Source of the DNA: Candidatus Poribacteria bacterium | Lineage (GTDB): Bacteria; Poribacteria; WGA-4E; PCPOR2b | Length of the DNA: 64,000 bases | Assembly: GCA_965198175.1 (NCBI GenBank) | Contig: OZ240245.1 | Location: forward strand, 2,816,001-2,880,000 | Direction of reading: 5' to 3' | Shown: in pieces, positions 51,557 to 61,561 of the stretch | How the letters are laid out: each line of letters opens with the position of its first letter | Position numbering within the stretch: the first letter of the stretch is position 1 | The notes under the pieces: model-generated | What the model saw: only the letters and a program-made list of their open reading frames with translations | Told to the model about the DNA's origin: nothing | The model's database searches: none | Translations under genes and position numbers: made by a program

Positions 51557-53314
51557 TTGAAGCATTACATTGTGATTTCGGTAGTTCTGACTTTCGCAGC
51601 ATTGTTGGCATACGCGGAAGAGCAGATTCTGTTTGTTTCCGGAGAAGTAAGGAAGTCTGAGATATACAGGCAATTTCCCGGCGGCCAAACCGAGAGACTC
51701 ACATTTAACTCCGGGAATGATGGCCATCCCGCGTTATCGCCCGATGGGACAAAGATGGCGTATTTCACGACTATCAATAGGGTATTTCAAATTGCCGTCC
51801 TCGACTTCGAGTCTGGCGAAAGCCAGCAACTTACATTTTCGCGTTGGCCCAAGAGCAATTTCCATCCAACCTGGTCGCCGGACGGAAGTCGAATCGCTTT
51901 TTCTTCAGAACAAGATGGCGACTTCGATATATATATCATGGACGCAAACGGCAAGAACGTGACAAATATGACCGACAACTCCTCTGGGGACGATGGTTCG
52001 CCCCATTGGTCACCGGTGAGCCAGAAGGTTGTGTTTACTTCTAATCGAGATGGTGCGGCAGATGAAATCTACCTGCTTGACGCACAGACCGGGATTCAGC
52101 GAAGGCTCACAACCTCATCATATGGTGCGGGATATCCCAAATGGTCGCCGAAAGGGTCACTGATTGCCTACCTTTCGGCGGAACGACCTGTGATTCCGCC
52201 GCTGACTTGGGCGATTTGGCGTGTGAAAGCGGATGGTACAAATCTCGAGGCATTGGTGACTGAAGGCGACAGAAACTCGCACCCCAAATACTCTCCTGAT
52301 GGAAAGCGAATTGCGTTTGTGTCTGAGAAAGACTCTAATACGGACATTTATGCTTTGAACCTCGAAACCCAAGAGGTAACCCGTTTAACAATACACCTTG
52401 GCTACGACTCGCACCCTGATTGGTCTCCAGGCGGAGAACAGATCGCCTTTGTTTCCGGCAGAGACGGGAATCGCGACGTGTTCACCATGACCGTCAACCA
52501 AGAGCAGTTAACCAATCTGACCAAGAGTGTTATGGCTGAGTATTATCCCACTTGGTCCCCAGACGGAGAAAAAATCGCTTTCAGTCGGAGGATGGGGGAT
52601 ACTAGTACCAAGATTTACGTGATAGATAGCAGCGGAGAAAACGAAATCAAACTAGTTGACCTGCCGTTTTTCAACATCTATCCGATATGGTCGCCGCGTG
52701 GGGACAAGATCGCTTTTGTGAATCGACCAGAACGGGGAGATCCAGTCTTCCGAATCTATACGGTTGACCCTGATGGACAAAACCTCCAAATGAAATATGA
52801 AAATCAGGAAGAAGACCAGGCTCCCGGAATCTCTTGGTCAGGTGATGGGAATCAAATTATTTTCAGTCGAGATGGCGGTCGAATCGCCGTTCTCGATACG
52901 GTGACACGCGAAGTCCGCATAATAAATTTGCCGGTGTTCGGCCCCCATGACCCCAATTGGTCACCTAACGGCCAAGACATTACTTTTTCATCGCTCTTGC
53001 AGACAGCCGAAGCCTTCGAGCCGCGCTCCGGCGTCTTCATCATCGATCGCGACGGGAATCCCGTACGTACAATTTTGACGGACATGCCGGATTCAACACA
53101 CTACGGACTAGCTTGGTCACCCGACGGAAATAAAATCCTCTTCGGTGGTGACGATGGGATATACACACTTGACTTGGATAGTGAAGCCATTGAGCTGTTC
53201 ATCGAATCTGCGAGTGGACCGGATTGGCAGGATCCGTCTCTCCCCCGCTCTGTCACTCCACGTAATAAGCCGAACACGACGTGGGGCGAGATGAAAAAGA
53301 GTGACAAACGTTGA
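51557..53314 (+). CDS. TolB-like PD40 repeat protein (tandem paralog)
   Basis: Colinear with the 49673 protein; TTG start after AGGAGG; tail SVTPRNKPNTTWGEMKK. Confidence 0.9.
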   Translation: MKHYIVISVVLTFAALLAYAEEQILFVSGEVRKSEIYRQFPGGQTERLTFNSGNDGHPALSPDGTKMAYFTTINRVFQIAVLDFESGESQQLTFSRWPKSNFHPTWSPDGSRIAFSSEQDGDFDIYIMDANGKNVTNMTDNSSGDDGSPHWSPVSQKVVFTSNRDGAADEIYLLDAQTGIQRRLTTSSYGAGYPKWSPKGSLIAYLSAERPVIPPLTWAIWRVKADGTNLEALVTEGDRNSHPKYSPDGKRIAFVSEKDSNTDIYALNLETQEVTRLTIHLGYDSHPDWSPGGEQIAFVSGRDGNRDVFTMTVNQEQLTNLTKSVMAEYYPTWSPDGEKIAFSRRMGDTSTKIYVIDSSGENEIKLVDLPFFNIYPIWSPRGDKIAFVNRPERGDPVFRIYTVDPDGQNLQMKYENQEEDQAPGISWSGDGNQIIFSRDGGRIAVLDTVTREVRIINLPVFGPHDPNWSPNGQDITFSSLLQTAEAFEPRSGVFIIDRDGNPVRTILTDMPDSTHYGLAWSPDGNKILFGGDDGIYTLDLDSEAIELFIESASGPDWQDPSLPRSVTPRNKPNTTWGEMKKSDKR

Positions 53315-53432
53315 TACGATTTGTATAATACAATCACCTGAACAACGCTTTGTACGACGATTGCATTTTTGCACGCAAATGTAACACACATTGCACTTCA
53401 TGTTTCACATCTCAAGTCATACGGAGGGATGC

Positions 53433-54011
53433 ATGTTACCAGTCTCAGAAGCGATTCAATCGCGTCGCACGATTTTTCATTTTAAACCCGAACAGGTGGC
53501 ACGGGATGTTCTTGAAGAGGTGCTCGCCGCTGGAATTTGGGCGCCCAATCACCGTCTAACCGAGCCGTGGCGCTTTACCGTCATCGGCGAACAAACGAAG
53601 CTGAAACTCGCAGAGCGGTATCGCCAGATTCAGATTGAAAAAGTTGCTAACAACGTAGATGTTGACGAAACTGCTATTGCGAAGGTGGGCGAGAAAGGCT
53701 TCCAGAAGTTTATGTCAAAGCCGACGGTCATTGCGGTTTATTGTCTGCAGGAAGGGGACGAGCAGCAGCGACGAGAGGACTACGCTGCGGCGTGCTGTGC
53801 TATGTATTGCATCCAACTCGCAGGATGGGAGCGGGGCATCGGGATGCAGTGGAGTACCGGCCCCATTACGCAAGACCGGAACACCTACGAGCTTCTCGGT
53901 ATCGACGCCGACCGGGAGTACATCGTTGGATTCTGCTATGTGGGCTACCCGGCTGAAGTGCCAACCCCAAGGCGGAAGCCCTTGAACGACGTACTGCACT
54001 GGACAGTATAA
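53433..54011 (+). CDS. Nitroreductase family protein
   Basis: AIQSRRTI, WAPNH..TEPWRF, GIGMQWSTG, VGYP. Confidence 0.9.
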   Translation: MLPVSEAIQSRRTIFHFKPEQVARDVLEEVLAAGIWAPNHRLTEPWRFTVIGEQTKLKLAERYRQIQIEKVANNVDVDETAIAKVGEKGFQKFMSKPTVIAVYCLQEGDEQQRREDYAAACCAMYCIQLAGWERGIGMQWSTGPITQDRNTYELLGIDADREYIVGFCYVGYPAEVPTPRRKPLNDVLHWTV

Positions 54012-54073
54012 GTCCAACCCCGGTGCCCGTTTGACTATTACAAGATCGGGTAGGGTCGGAGAACTTAAACAGA

Positions 54074-55552
54074 ATGAACGAATACGATCTAACGATCATC
54101 GGCGGTGGCAGCGCCGGACTAGTTCTAGCAGTCGCGAGCGCCAAGCTGGGAAAGAAGACGGCTCTCGTTGAAAAGCATAGATTGGGCGGGGATTGCCTGT
54201 GGACGGGGTGTGTGCCATCAAAGGCGTTCCTGAAATCCGCGCACATCGCCCATCACATGAAGGCAGCCGGAAAGTATGGGATCACGGTCAAAGGCGTTGA
54301 GGTCGATTTTGAGCGTGTCATGCAGCACGTCCGAAGCGCACAAGAGACCATTGAGCGCGAACACGATAATCCAGAGCGATTCCGCGATATGGGCGTGGAA
54401 GTCATCTTCGGCAGCGGGCGTTTTGACTCACCGAAGTCCTTCATCGTCGAAGACCTAAAGAAGCGGCAAACAACGACGCTCAAGAGTAAGAAGTTCGTGA
54501 TTTCCACAGGATCTCGCCCGGCTGCCCCTCCGATTCCCGGAATTGAATCCATCCGCCATCTGAACAGCGACAACATCTGGGAGTTGAATCGACTCCCCCG
54601 AAAACTCTTGGTGGCGGGCGCCGGACCAATTGGCGTCGAATTGGGACAAGCCTTCCACCGCTTGGGCGCCGAAATTGTAATCGTGCAGCGGAGTGATCGC
54701 ATACTGCCGAGGGAGGAGACCGTCGTTTCCGATCGGATGCTAGAGTACCTTCGGGCGGAAGGCATCACGATTTTCCGCAGCACCAATTTAATCGAAGTGA
54801 CAAATCTCACACCAAATCGAGTTGGAAACGGCAATCGTCTCGCCCCGACGTTAGGGAATTACAGAGTCGTGCTAGATATGCGTGGCGAGAAGCGAGAACT
54901 GACGGTAGATCAGATCTTGATTGCGACAGGGCGTAAGCCCAATGTCGAAGGATTAGGGCTTGAATCGATTGGTGTCCGGATTGGAAAAAGCGGAATTGAA
55001 GTCAACGCCAAGCTGCAAACGGCAGTCAAGAATATCTACGCTGCCGGCGATGTCGTCGGTCATTATCTGTTTACCCACGTCGCCGCATTCCAAGCTCATC
55101 AGATAATCCGCAATATCTTCTTTCCGGGTTCCAATTCGATAGATTACTCTGTTGTACCCTGGACGACATTCTGCGACCCAGAGGTAGCCCGGTGTGGACT
55201 GACCGAGGCGGACGCGCGGCGGACACACGGTGATGTCGATGTCTTTACCGTCGATTTCCGGAATGTGGACCGGGCGATTGCGGAGGGTGAGACGGAAGGG
55301 CTTATCAAGATTGTTGCCACAAAGTGGACCGGCAAGATTCTGGGAGTACATCTGATCGGCGCGCGTGCTGGGGAGATTCTCCACGAGTTTGTCTTAGCGA
55401 TGAAGGTAGGAATTCCGATGCGAAAGTTGGCTTCGTTGATACATGTCTATCCTACCTTTTCGAGCATCGTTTGGCAAGTTGCAGGCAAATGGCTTGCGGA
55501 AGGAACACTGCTCAAAACAGTGCGGCGCTTCCTTCGTAAGGGCGAGAAATAG
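54074..55552 (+). CDS. Class I pyridine nucleotide-disulfide oxidoreductase
   Basis: GGGSAG, GGDCLWTGCVPSK, GAGPIG.E, IYAAGD, IHVYPT. Confidence 0.9.
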   Translation: MNEYDLTIIGGGSAGLVLAVASAKLGKKTALVEKHRLGGDCLWTGCVPSKAFLKSAHIAHHMKAAGKYGITVKGVEVDFERVMQHVRSAQETIEREHDNPERFRDMGVEVIFGSGRFDSPKSFIVEDLKKRQTTTLKSKKFVISTGSRPAAPPIPGIESIRHLNSDNIWELNRLPRKLLVAGAGPIGVELGQAFHRLGAEIVIVQRSDRILPREETVVSDRMLEYLRAEGITIFRSTNLIEVTNLTPNRVGNGNRLAPTLGNYRVVLDMRGEKRELTVDQILIATGRKPNVEGLGLESIGVRIGKSGIEVNAKLQTAVKNIYAAGDVVGHYLFTHVAAFQAHQIIRNIFFPGSNSIDYSVVPWTTFCDPEVARCGLTEADARRTHGDVDVFTVDFRNVDRAIAEGETEGLIKIVATKWTGKILGVHLIGARAGEILHEFVLAMKVGIPMRKLASLIHVYPTFSSIVWQVAGKWLAEGTLLKTVRRFLRKGEK

Positions 55553-55572
55553 TAGATTTACGATGTATGATT

Positions 55573-56727
55573 TTACTGGTCGTTTTCGTCTTGATGATGC
55601 CGTTGGAATAACTTATCGCCTATTTTGTCGAAAAAACCGGGATGTTCTCCGCCTACATGCTCGCCGCGTACTCGGGCGAACTCCGCCAACATCTCCTTTT
55701 CCCGATCTGACAAATGCGTCGGTGTTTCGATTCTGACCTTCACGATGCAATTCCCACGCCCATAGTGATTGTAGTGTGGAACACCTTTTCCAGGAATACG
55801 CAATCTTCCACCATATTGCGTTCCAGGTGGGATTGTTAGCGCGACAGGTCCATCAATTGTGGCAACTTCAATCTCGCCACCTAGCGCAGCTTGCGCAAAA
55901 GAGATTGTGGCTACCGTAACCAGTTCGTTTTCTTCCCGAACAAATCGGTCATGGGGGGTAACCTCAATTAAAACATAGAGATCGCCAGGCGGACCACCGT
56001 TAACCCCGGCCTCACCATCGCCGCGCAACTGAATCTTGAACCCGGTATCAACACCCTTGGGAATCGTCACTCTGATTTCTCGAGTCACCCGCACAACGCC
56101 TTGACCTTGACACGGTCTACACGGATGAGAAATGATTCGACCTTCACCACGACAACGTGAGCAGGTCTGCGACATGGAAAAAAAGCCTTGTGAACGCGTG
56201 ACTTGACCGCGTCCGTGGCAATCCGGGCAGGTTTGGGGGCTTGAACCGGGTTCGCTTCTTGCCCCATGGCATGTCTTACACGTTTCAAGACGCGGAACAT
56301 CAATAGTGGCTGCTTTTCCATTGATGACATCTTCTAGCGAAATCTGTAAGTGGTATTGTAGGCTACGTCCTCGTTTCGGAGCCGTTTGTCCATGGGAAGT
56401 CCCAGCCCCAAAGAAATCGCCCAAATCGCCGAAAATGTCCCCAACAATATCCTCAAAGTTTCCAAAATCAAACCCGAACCCACTAGATCTAATTGTACCT
56501 TCTACCCCTGCATGACCGAATTGATCGTAACGACCGCGCTTTTCAGGGTCACCTAGAACCTCATAAGCCTCAGTAGCCTCTCTAAAGCTCTCTTCTGCGT
56601 CTTTGTTGCCAGGGTTTTTATCCGGATGATATTTTATTGCGAGCTTTCGGTACGCTTTCTTAATCTCATCCTGACTCGCACCTCTGCCCACACTGAGCAC
56701 TTCATAGTAATCACGTTTGTCTCTCAT
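55573..56727 (-). CDS. dnaJ: Chaperone DnaJ
   Basis: J domain HPD, G/F region, four CxxCxG zinc motifs. Confidence 0.97.
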   Translation of the reverse strand: MRDKRDYYEVLSVGRGASQDEIKKAYRKLAIKYHPDKNPGNKDAEESFREATEAYEVLGDPEKRGRYDQFGHAGVEGTIRSSGFGFDFGNFEDIVGDIFGDLGDFFGAGTSHGQTAPKRGRSLQYHLQISLEDVINGKAATIDVPRLETCKTCHGARSEPGSSPQTCPDCHGRGQVTRSQGFFSMSQTCSRCRGEGRIISHPCRPCQGQGVVRVTREIRVTIPKGVDTGFKIQLRGDGEAGVNGGPPGDLYVLIEVTPHDRFVREENELVTVATISFAQAALGGEIEVATIDGPVALTIPPGTQYGGRLRIPGKGVPHYNHYGRGNCIVKVRIETPTHLSDREKEMLAEFARVRGEHVGGEHPGFFDKIGDKLFQRHHQDENDQ

Positions 56728-56738
56728 GGAGATCTCCT

Positions 56739-58709
56739 CTATTGCTTATTAGAATTGTTCGCAGCTTTGCCATCAGACTGATCGGCGGTTTCCTCAACAT
56801 CTTCTCCTTCGACATCGACGATTGTTTCGTCGGTGTCCGTTTCTTCTGCTCGATTCTCCGTGTCCGTTCCCGCTTCAGCATCATTTTGCCCATCATCGGC
56901 AGTTGCAGCCTGGGAATACATGACTTCCGCTAACTTGTGGGAGGCATGCAGCAATGCCTCGGTATCGGTTCGAATCGTGTCGATGTCCTCGTCTTTCAGG
57001 CTCTCTTTCAGTTTCTGAATCGCACTTTCGATGGTGTTTCGATCGGCTTCAGAAACTTTATCGCCAAACTCCTGCAGGGATTTCTCCGTGCCATAGACTA
57101 AGGAATCAGCTCGGTTGCGAACTTCAACTGTCTCCTTTCTCTGTTGATCCTCTTCAGCATGAGCCTCGCCGTCCTTAAGCATCTGCTCAATCTCAGTTTC
57201 CGACAAGCCGCTGGAGGATTCAATTCGGATCTTTTGTTCCTTTCCGGTGCCCAGATCTTTCGCTGAGACATGAACAATGCCGTTGGCGTCGATATCAAAG
57301 GTCACTTCAATCTGGGGCACGCCGCGCGGTGCAGGAGGAATGCCAACCAAATCAAATCGTCCGAGCGTCCGGTTATAAACCGCCATTTCACGCTCCCCCT
57401 GCAAGACGTGTATATTGACAGCTTCTTGGTTGTCGGCAGCTGTCGAAAAAATTTGGGTTTTTCTCGTTGGAATCGTTGTATTCCGCTCAATGAGCCGGGT
57501 AAAGACCTGACCCAACGTCTCAATTCCGAGTGAGAGGGGCGTAACGTCGAGCAACAGAACATCTTTAACTCCTTCATCGCCGGATAGCACCCCAGCCTGA
57601 ATCGCAGCCCCGATTGCGACGACTTCGTCAGGATTCACGCCTTTGTGGGGCGCCTTCGCAAAAAACTGCTCAACCGTCTCCTGAACTTTCGGCATACGGG
57701 TTTGTCCGCCGACAAGCACAATTTCGTCAATCTCTGACGGACTCAATTCAGCATCCGCCATCGCTTGACGACAGGGCTCAATTGTTCGTTCGATCAGAGT
57801 CATGGTGAGTTGCTCAAGCTTGGCTCTGGTAAGCGTGATAGTCATATGCTTTGGACCACTTGCGTCCGCTGTGATAAAGGGCAGATTAACCTCCGACTGT
57901 AGCGCCGTAGATAGTTCGCACTTTGCTTTTTCAGCAGCTTCTTTCAGACGTTGGAGCGCCATGGGATCTTTGCGCAAATCAATGATATTGTCTTTGAGAA
58001 ATGACTCTGCCAACCAATCGACGATACACTGATCGAAGTCGTCGCCACCCAGATGCGTGTCTCCGTTGGTACTTTTCACTTCGAAAACGCCATCGCCGAT
58101 TTCAAGAATCGAGATGTCAAATGTCCCTCCCCCCAAATCATAGACCGCAATTTTTTCGTCCGATTTCTTATCCAATCCATAGACGAGTGAGGCGGCGGTC
58201 GGTTCATTGATGATCCGCAGTACCTCCAGCCCCGCTATGCGACCGGCGTCTTTGGTCGCCTGCCGCTGGGCATCGTTAAAATAGGCAGGAACGGTGATAA
58301 CAGCCTGTGATACGGTTTCACCGAGGTAGGATTCGGCGGTCTCTTTCATCTTTCGCAGGGTCATTGCCGATAATTCGAGAGGCGCATACTCCTGGTCACC
58401 AATCCTAACTTTTGCTTCCTGATTGGGGCCCCCAATGACTTGATAAGACACTCGCTCGATTTCTTGCGTTACTTCATCATAACGTCTCCCCATGAAACGC
58501 TTGACAGAAAAGACGGTGTTCTCCGGATTGGTCACAGCTTGTCTTTTCGCAACTTGTCCCACAACTCGTTCGTCATCTTTAGTAAAAGCAACCACAGACG
58601 GCGTTGTACGGCTTCCCTCAGCATTCGGGATAACCTTAGGTTCGCCTCCCTCCAAAACTGCGACACACGAGTTAGTCGTACCAAGGTCTATTCCGATCAC
58701 TTTACTCAT
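56739..58709 (-). CDS. dnaK: Chaperone DnaK
   Basis: [25 protein letters not shown]; start MSKVIG at 58709. Confidence 0.98.
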   Translation of the reverse strand: MSKVIGIDLGTTNSCVAVLEGGEPKVIPNAEGSRTTPSVVAFTKDDERVVGQVAKRQAVTNPENTVFSVKRFMGRRYDEVTQEIERVSYQVIGGPNQEAKVRIGDQEYAPLELSAMTLRKMKETAESYLGETVSQAVITVPAYFNDAQRQATKDAGRIAGLEVLRIINEPTAASLVYGLDKKSDEKIAVYDLGGGTFDISILEIGDGVFEVKSTNGDTHLGGDDFDQCIVDWLAESFLKDNIIDLRKDPMALQRLKEAAEKAKCELSTALQSEVNLPFITADASGPKHMTITLTRAKLEQLTMTLIERTIEPCRQAMADAELSPSEIDEIVLVGGQTRMPKVQETVEQFFAKAPHKGVNPDEVVAIGAAIQAGVLSGDEGVKDVLLLDVTPLSLGIETLGQVFTRLIERNTTIPTRKTQIFSTAADNQEAVNIHVLQGEREMAVYNRTLGRFDLVGIPPAPRGVPQIEVTFDIDANGIVHVSAKDLGTGKEQKIRIESSSGLSETEIEQMLKDGEAHAEEDQQRKETVEVRNRADSLVYGTEKSLQEFGDKVSEADRNTIESAIQKLKESLKDEDIDTIRTDTEALLHASHKLAEVMYSQAATADDGQNDAEAGTDTENRAEETDTDETIVDVEGEDVEETADQSDGKAANNSNKQ

Positions 58710-59418
58710 TCGATTCTTCCTCCTTTTCGCCTTCAGCAACCGGTGATGTGTCTTCCTCCTCGTGCTTACCCCTAGAAACTGATACCATTGATGGACGAAT
58801 CACGCGATCATGCAGCAGATACCCGCGTTGAAACTCCTCAATCACTGCGTTTTCCGGGACATCATCCGATTCAATGTGCATCATCGCCTCGTGGAGTTTG
58901 GGATCGAATGGTTCACCTTTGGCTTCAATCACCGCTACACCGCGCTTTTTAAGTAAATCATCAAGTTGTTTGTGGATCAATTGGATTCCTTCGTTGAGGG
59001 AATCAAAATCTTTCGACGCTTTTGCGGATTCGATGCCTCGTTCTATGTTGTCCACAACTGGTATTAAATCTTTGATGACGCCCTCGACTGCATACTTAAA
59101 GAACTCTGCCTTCTCACGTTCCGCACGCTTTTTTGAATTTTCATAGTCGGCAATCGTGCGAAGCATTCGATCAGAGCGCTCCTCATTCTCCGCTTTTACG
59201 CGATCCAGCTTCTCTTTCATCTGAGCAAATTCCTCGGCTGAAGGCGGGGCTTCCTGTTCAGATTCCGTTTCGACTTCACCGTCACTAGAATCCTCTGAGG
59301 CTTCTGGTCCAGTTGGCGTCACTTCGTCGGTTGAATCTGCTTGAGCGTCTTGAACGCATTCTTCCGATGTTGGTTTTTGGACTTCTGGTTCTGTTTGTAC
59401 CTCATTTGCTTCTGACAT
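58702..59418 (-). CDS. grpE: Nucleotide exchange factor GrpE
   Basis: [28 protein letters not shown]. Confidence 0.96.
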   Translation of the reverse strand: MSEANEVQTEPEVQKPTSEECVQDAQADSTDEVTPTGPEASEDSSDGEVETESEQEAPPSAEEFAQMKEKLDRVKAENEERSDRMLRTIADYENSKKRAEREKAEFFKYAVEGVIKDLIPVVDNIERGIESAKASKDFDSLNEGIQLIHKQLDDLLKKRGVAVIEAKGEPFDPKLHEAMMHIESDDVPENAVIEEFQRGYLLHDRVIRPSMVSVSRGKHEEEDTSPVAEGEKEEESNE

Positions 59419-59459
59419 TGTATCACCTCGTATTAATGCTTTAAATTAGTAATGCTGGG

Positions 59460-60515
59460 CTATGGCGCCTTTCGGAGATGTTGGCCAATGACCTGTGCGG
59501 TAAATCTGACGATTGAAACGACACGCGAATATTCCATTCGTGTCGGTCCAATGACCCCTATGGTCCCGAGCGAATCGCCCTGAACGCGAAAAGTAGATTG
59601 CACGATACTGCACATCTCCATTCCTTCACACCTGTTTTCGCTCCCAATAAGCACTTGAATCTCAGGATTGTCCTTTTGCGGCGAGAGGAGGTCTGCAACC
59701 CGATCCTTTTGCTCCAAAAAACGAAATAGTGGTTCAATCTGTTCCACTTCTAAAAATTCAGGCTGACCGAAAAAATTGGAAGTGCCATCCAGATAAACGT
59801 GGATTTCCCTATCCAGCGAAAAGGTGTTGCGCGTCAATACTGCGATGGGGTCTGACAAATCCCGATCGAAAATCGCTTTCAGTTTTATGGGGCTTTGTGA
59901 AATTTGTTGTATCTCGCCCAAGGACAATCCCGCTAACTTTTCATTCAGTATTCCGCTGATCCGATAGATATCTGCATTGGATAAGCTTTTATAGATGGAA
60001 ACAACCTGATTCTTGACAAGCCCTGAAGTCGTAATCAAAACAACAACGACCTTTTGGGTATCAAGCGGAATGAGTTCTAGACGCCGCAGAATGCCTTCGT
60101 GCAGTTGGGGACTTAATGCAACACCGATATAATGAGAAATTTGGGATAAAATCTTAGAAGTTTGTTCGATGGTTTCTTCAAAATCGAGTTTTGATGAGGC
60201 GTACCATTGCCGGATGAATCGTCGCTCTTCATCGCTTAACCGCTGAGTTGTCATCATATTATCGACGTACACGCGATAGCCGAGTTCCGTTGGGATTCGC
60301 CCCGCAGAGGTATGGGGTTGAGACAAGTAGCCAAACTCTCCGAGTTGTGCCATCGTATTCCGAATTGTTGCTGGACTTAACTTCAGGCCGTATTGCCGGG
60401 CAATTGTCCGAGAGCTAACAGGCTTCGCTGTCCGATTATAGCAGTTAATAGTCGCTTCGAGCACCTCACGTTTTCGGCGATTAAGCACAGCGGTTGTCAC
60501 AGGTGTCGCCCCCAT
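59460..60515 (-). CDS. hrcA: Heat-inducible transcription repressor HrcA
   Basis: SPATIRN, QPHTSAGRIPT, GVIGPTRMEY; start at 60515 or 60500. Confidence 0.96.
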   Translation of the reverse strand: MGATPVTTAVLNRRKREVLEATINCYNRTAKPVSSRTIARQYGLKLSPATIRNTMAQLGEFGYLSQPHTSAGRIPTELGYRVYVDNMMTTQRLSDEERRFIRQWYASSKLDFEETIEQTSKILSQISHYIGVALSPQLHEGILRRLELIPLDTQKVVVVLITTSGLVKNQVVSIYKSLSNADIYRISGILNEKLAGLSLGEIQQISQSPIKLKAIFDRDLSDPIAVLTRNTFSLDREIHVYLDGTSNFFGQPEFLEVEQIEPLFRFLEQKDRVADLLSPQKDNPEIQVLIGSENRCEGMEMCSIVQSTFRVQGDSLGTIGVIGPTRMEYSRVVSIVRFTAQVIGQHLRKAP

Positions 60516-60526
60516 CTCTTGAAAGG

Positions 60527-60553
60527 TTAGCACTCTACGATTGAGAGTGCTAA
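60527..60553. promoter_or_regulatory. CIRCE operator
   Basis: TTAGCACTC-TACGATTGA-GAGTGCTAA, perfect consensus with N9 spacer, upstream of hrcA. Confidence 0.97.
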
Positions 60554-60561
60554 TTCCAGTA

Positions 60562-60591
60562 ACGATACCATTTTCTTCTCCGATTTGTCAA
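60562..60591 (-). promoter_or_regulatory. sigma70 promoter of the hrcA operon
   Basis: Minus strand TTGACA-N18-TATCGT with TG extended -10, directly upstream of CIRCE. Confidence 0.75.
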
Positions 60592-60736
60592 GCAAAAAGG
60601 ACAAATCCCTGAGCCAGAGCCAACAACAAGGATAACTAGACCCCTCTATCTGAGCACCTCTGAAACCCTATCTTATATAGGTCAATGTATCTATCGTGTG
60701 CATTTCAATGACGCTGGATTCCTTGTGAATTCATGC

Positions 60737-61525
60737 CTATCCATGGGTTGCATCGGCAAATTGTTTCATCAACGAAATAGAGTTCTTCTGCTCAATGACG
60801 TTTCCCGTCACGATAAAATCCGCCCCAGCGTTGACCTTTGCGACAGCCATCTCTGGCGTCGTGATTCCTCCTCCTACTATGATAGGGATCGTGACATGTT
60901 TGCGAACTGCGCCGATTATTTCATCTGGAACGGGTAGCTTTGCGCCGCTGCCAGCCTCAAGATAGACAAACTTCATACCGAGATATTCTGCAGCGAGGGC
61001 GTGTGCCCACGCAATGTCCAATTTATCACGCGGGAGCGGGGCGGTTCCACTCATGACTTCAACCGATGTAGCGGTACCTCCATCAATAAGCATATACCCT
61101 GTGGATATCGCCTCAATACCACAGCGGTGAATCAATGGCGCCGCTTTAACCTGTTCGCCGATTAGAAAATTGGCATTCCGACCACTAATAAGGCTTAGAT
61201 ATAAGATGGCATCCGCATGTTGGGAGAGGTGCATTGAGTCGCCGGGGAATACAATAATCGGTAGAACTGTCTCATCCCGCAGCGCCTCCGCAACCGGGTC
61301 AAGGTCGTTTGTCAAAAGGCTGCTCCCGAGCAACAGAGCATCCGCTCCTGCATTTTCCGCTTGACGAGCTAAATGAATGCTGTCGGCGATGGAATGCCGA
61401 TCCGGGTCTATGAGTACTAGATAGCCTGCTCTGCATCTTGTCAGAACTCTCAGTAAGTAATCTAAGACGGAACCTGATTTCATAGGGCTAGGTATTGGGC
61501 GATCTTTTTTTTCCAAATTTCTCAC
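60737..61525 (-). CDS. Geranylgeranylglyceryl phosphate (GGGP) synthase, group II
   Basis: VLIDPD, LLGSS, FPG, SLISGRN, YLEAGSGA, VGGGI, VTGN; start may be 61483. Confidence 0.9.
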   Translation of the reverse strand: MRNLEKKDRPIPSPMKSGSVLDYLLRVLTRCRAGYLVLIDPDRHSIADSIHLARQAENAGADALLLGSSLLTNDLDPVAEALRDETVLPIIVFPGDSMHLSQHADAILYLSLISGRNANFLIGEQVKAAPLIHRCGIEAISTGYMLIDGGTATSVEVMSGTAPLPRDKLDIAWAHALAAEYLGMKFVYLEAGSGAKLPVPDEIIGAVRKHVTIPIIVGGGITTPEMAVAKVNAGADFIVTGNVIEQKNSISLMKQFADATHG

Positions 61526-61561
61526 GCTGTCATTGGATCTGATGGAAATAGATGATTTACG

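Noticed and set aside
46864..53314. Diversity-generating retroelement template/variable repeats
   Set aside because: Both copies are full genes, differences are not adenine-specific, and no reverse transcriptase is present.
54074..55552. Mercuric reductase MerA
   Set aside because: No N-terminal HMA domain, no C-terminal Cys-Cys pair and no mer genes nearby.
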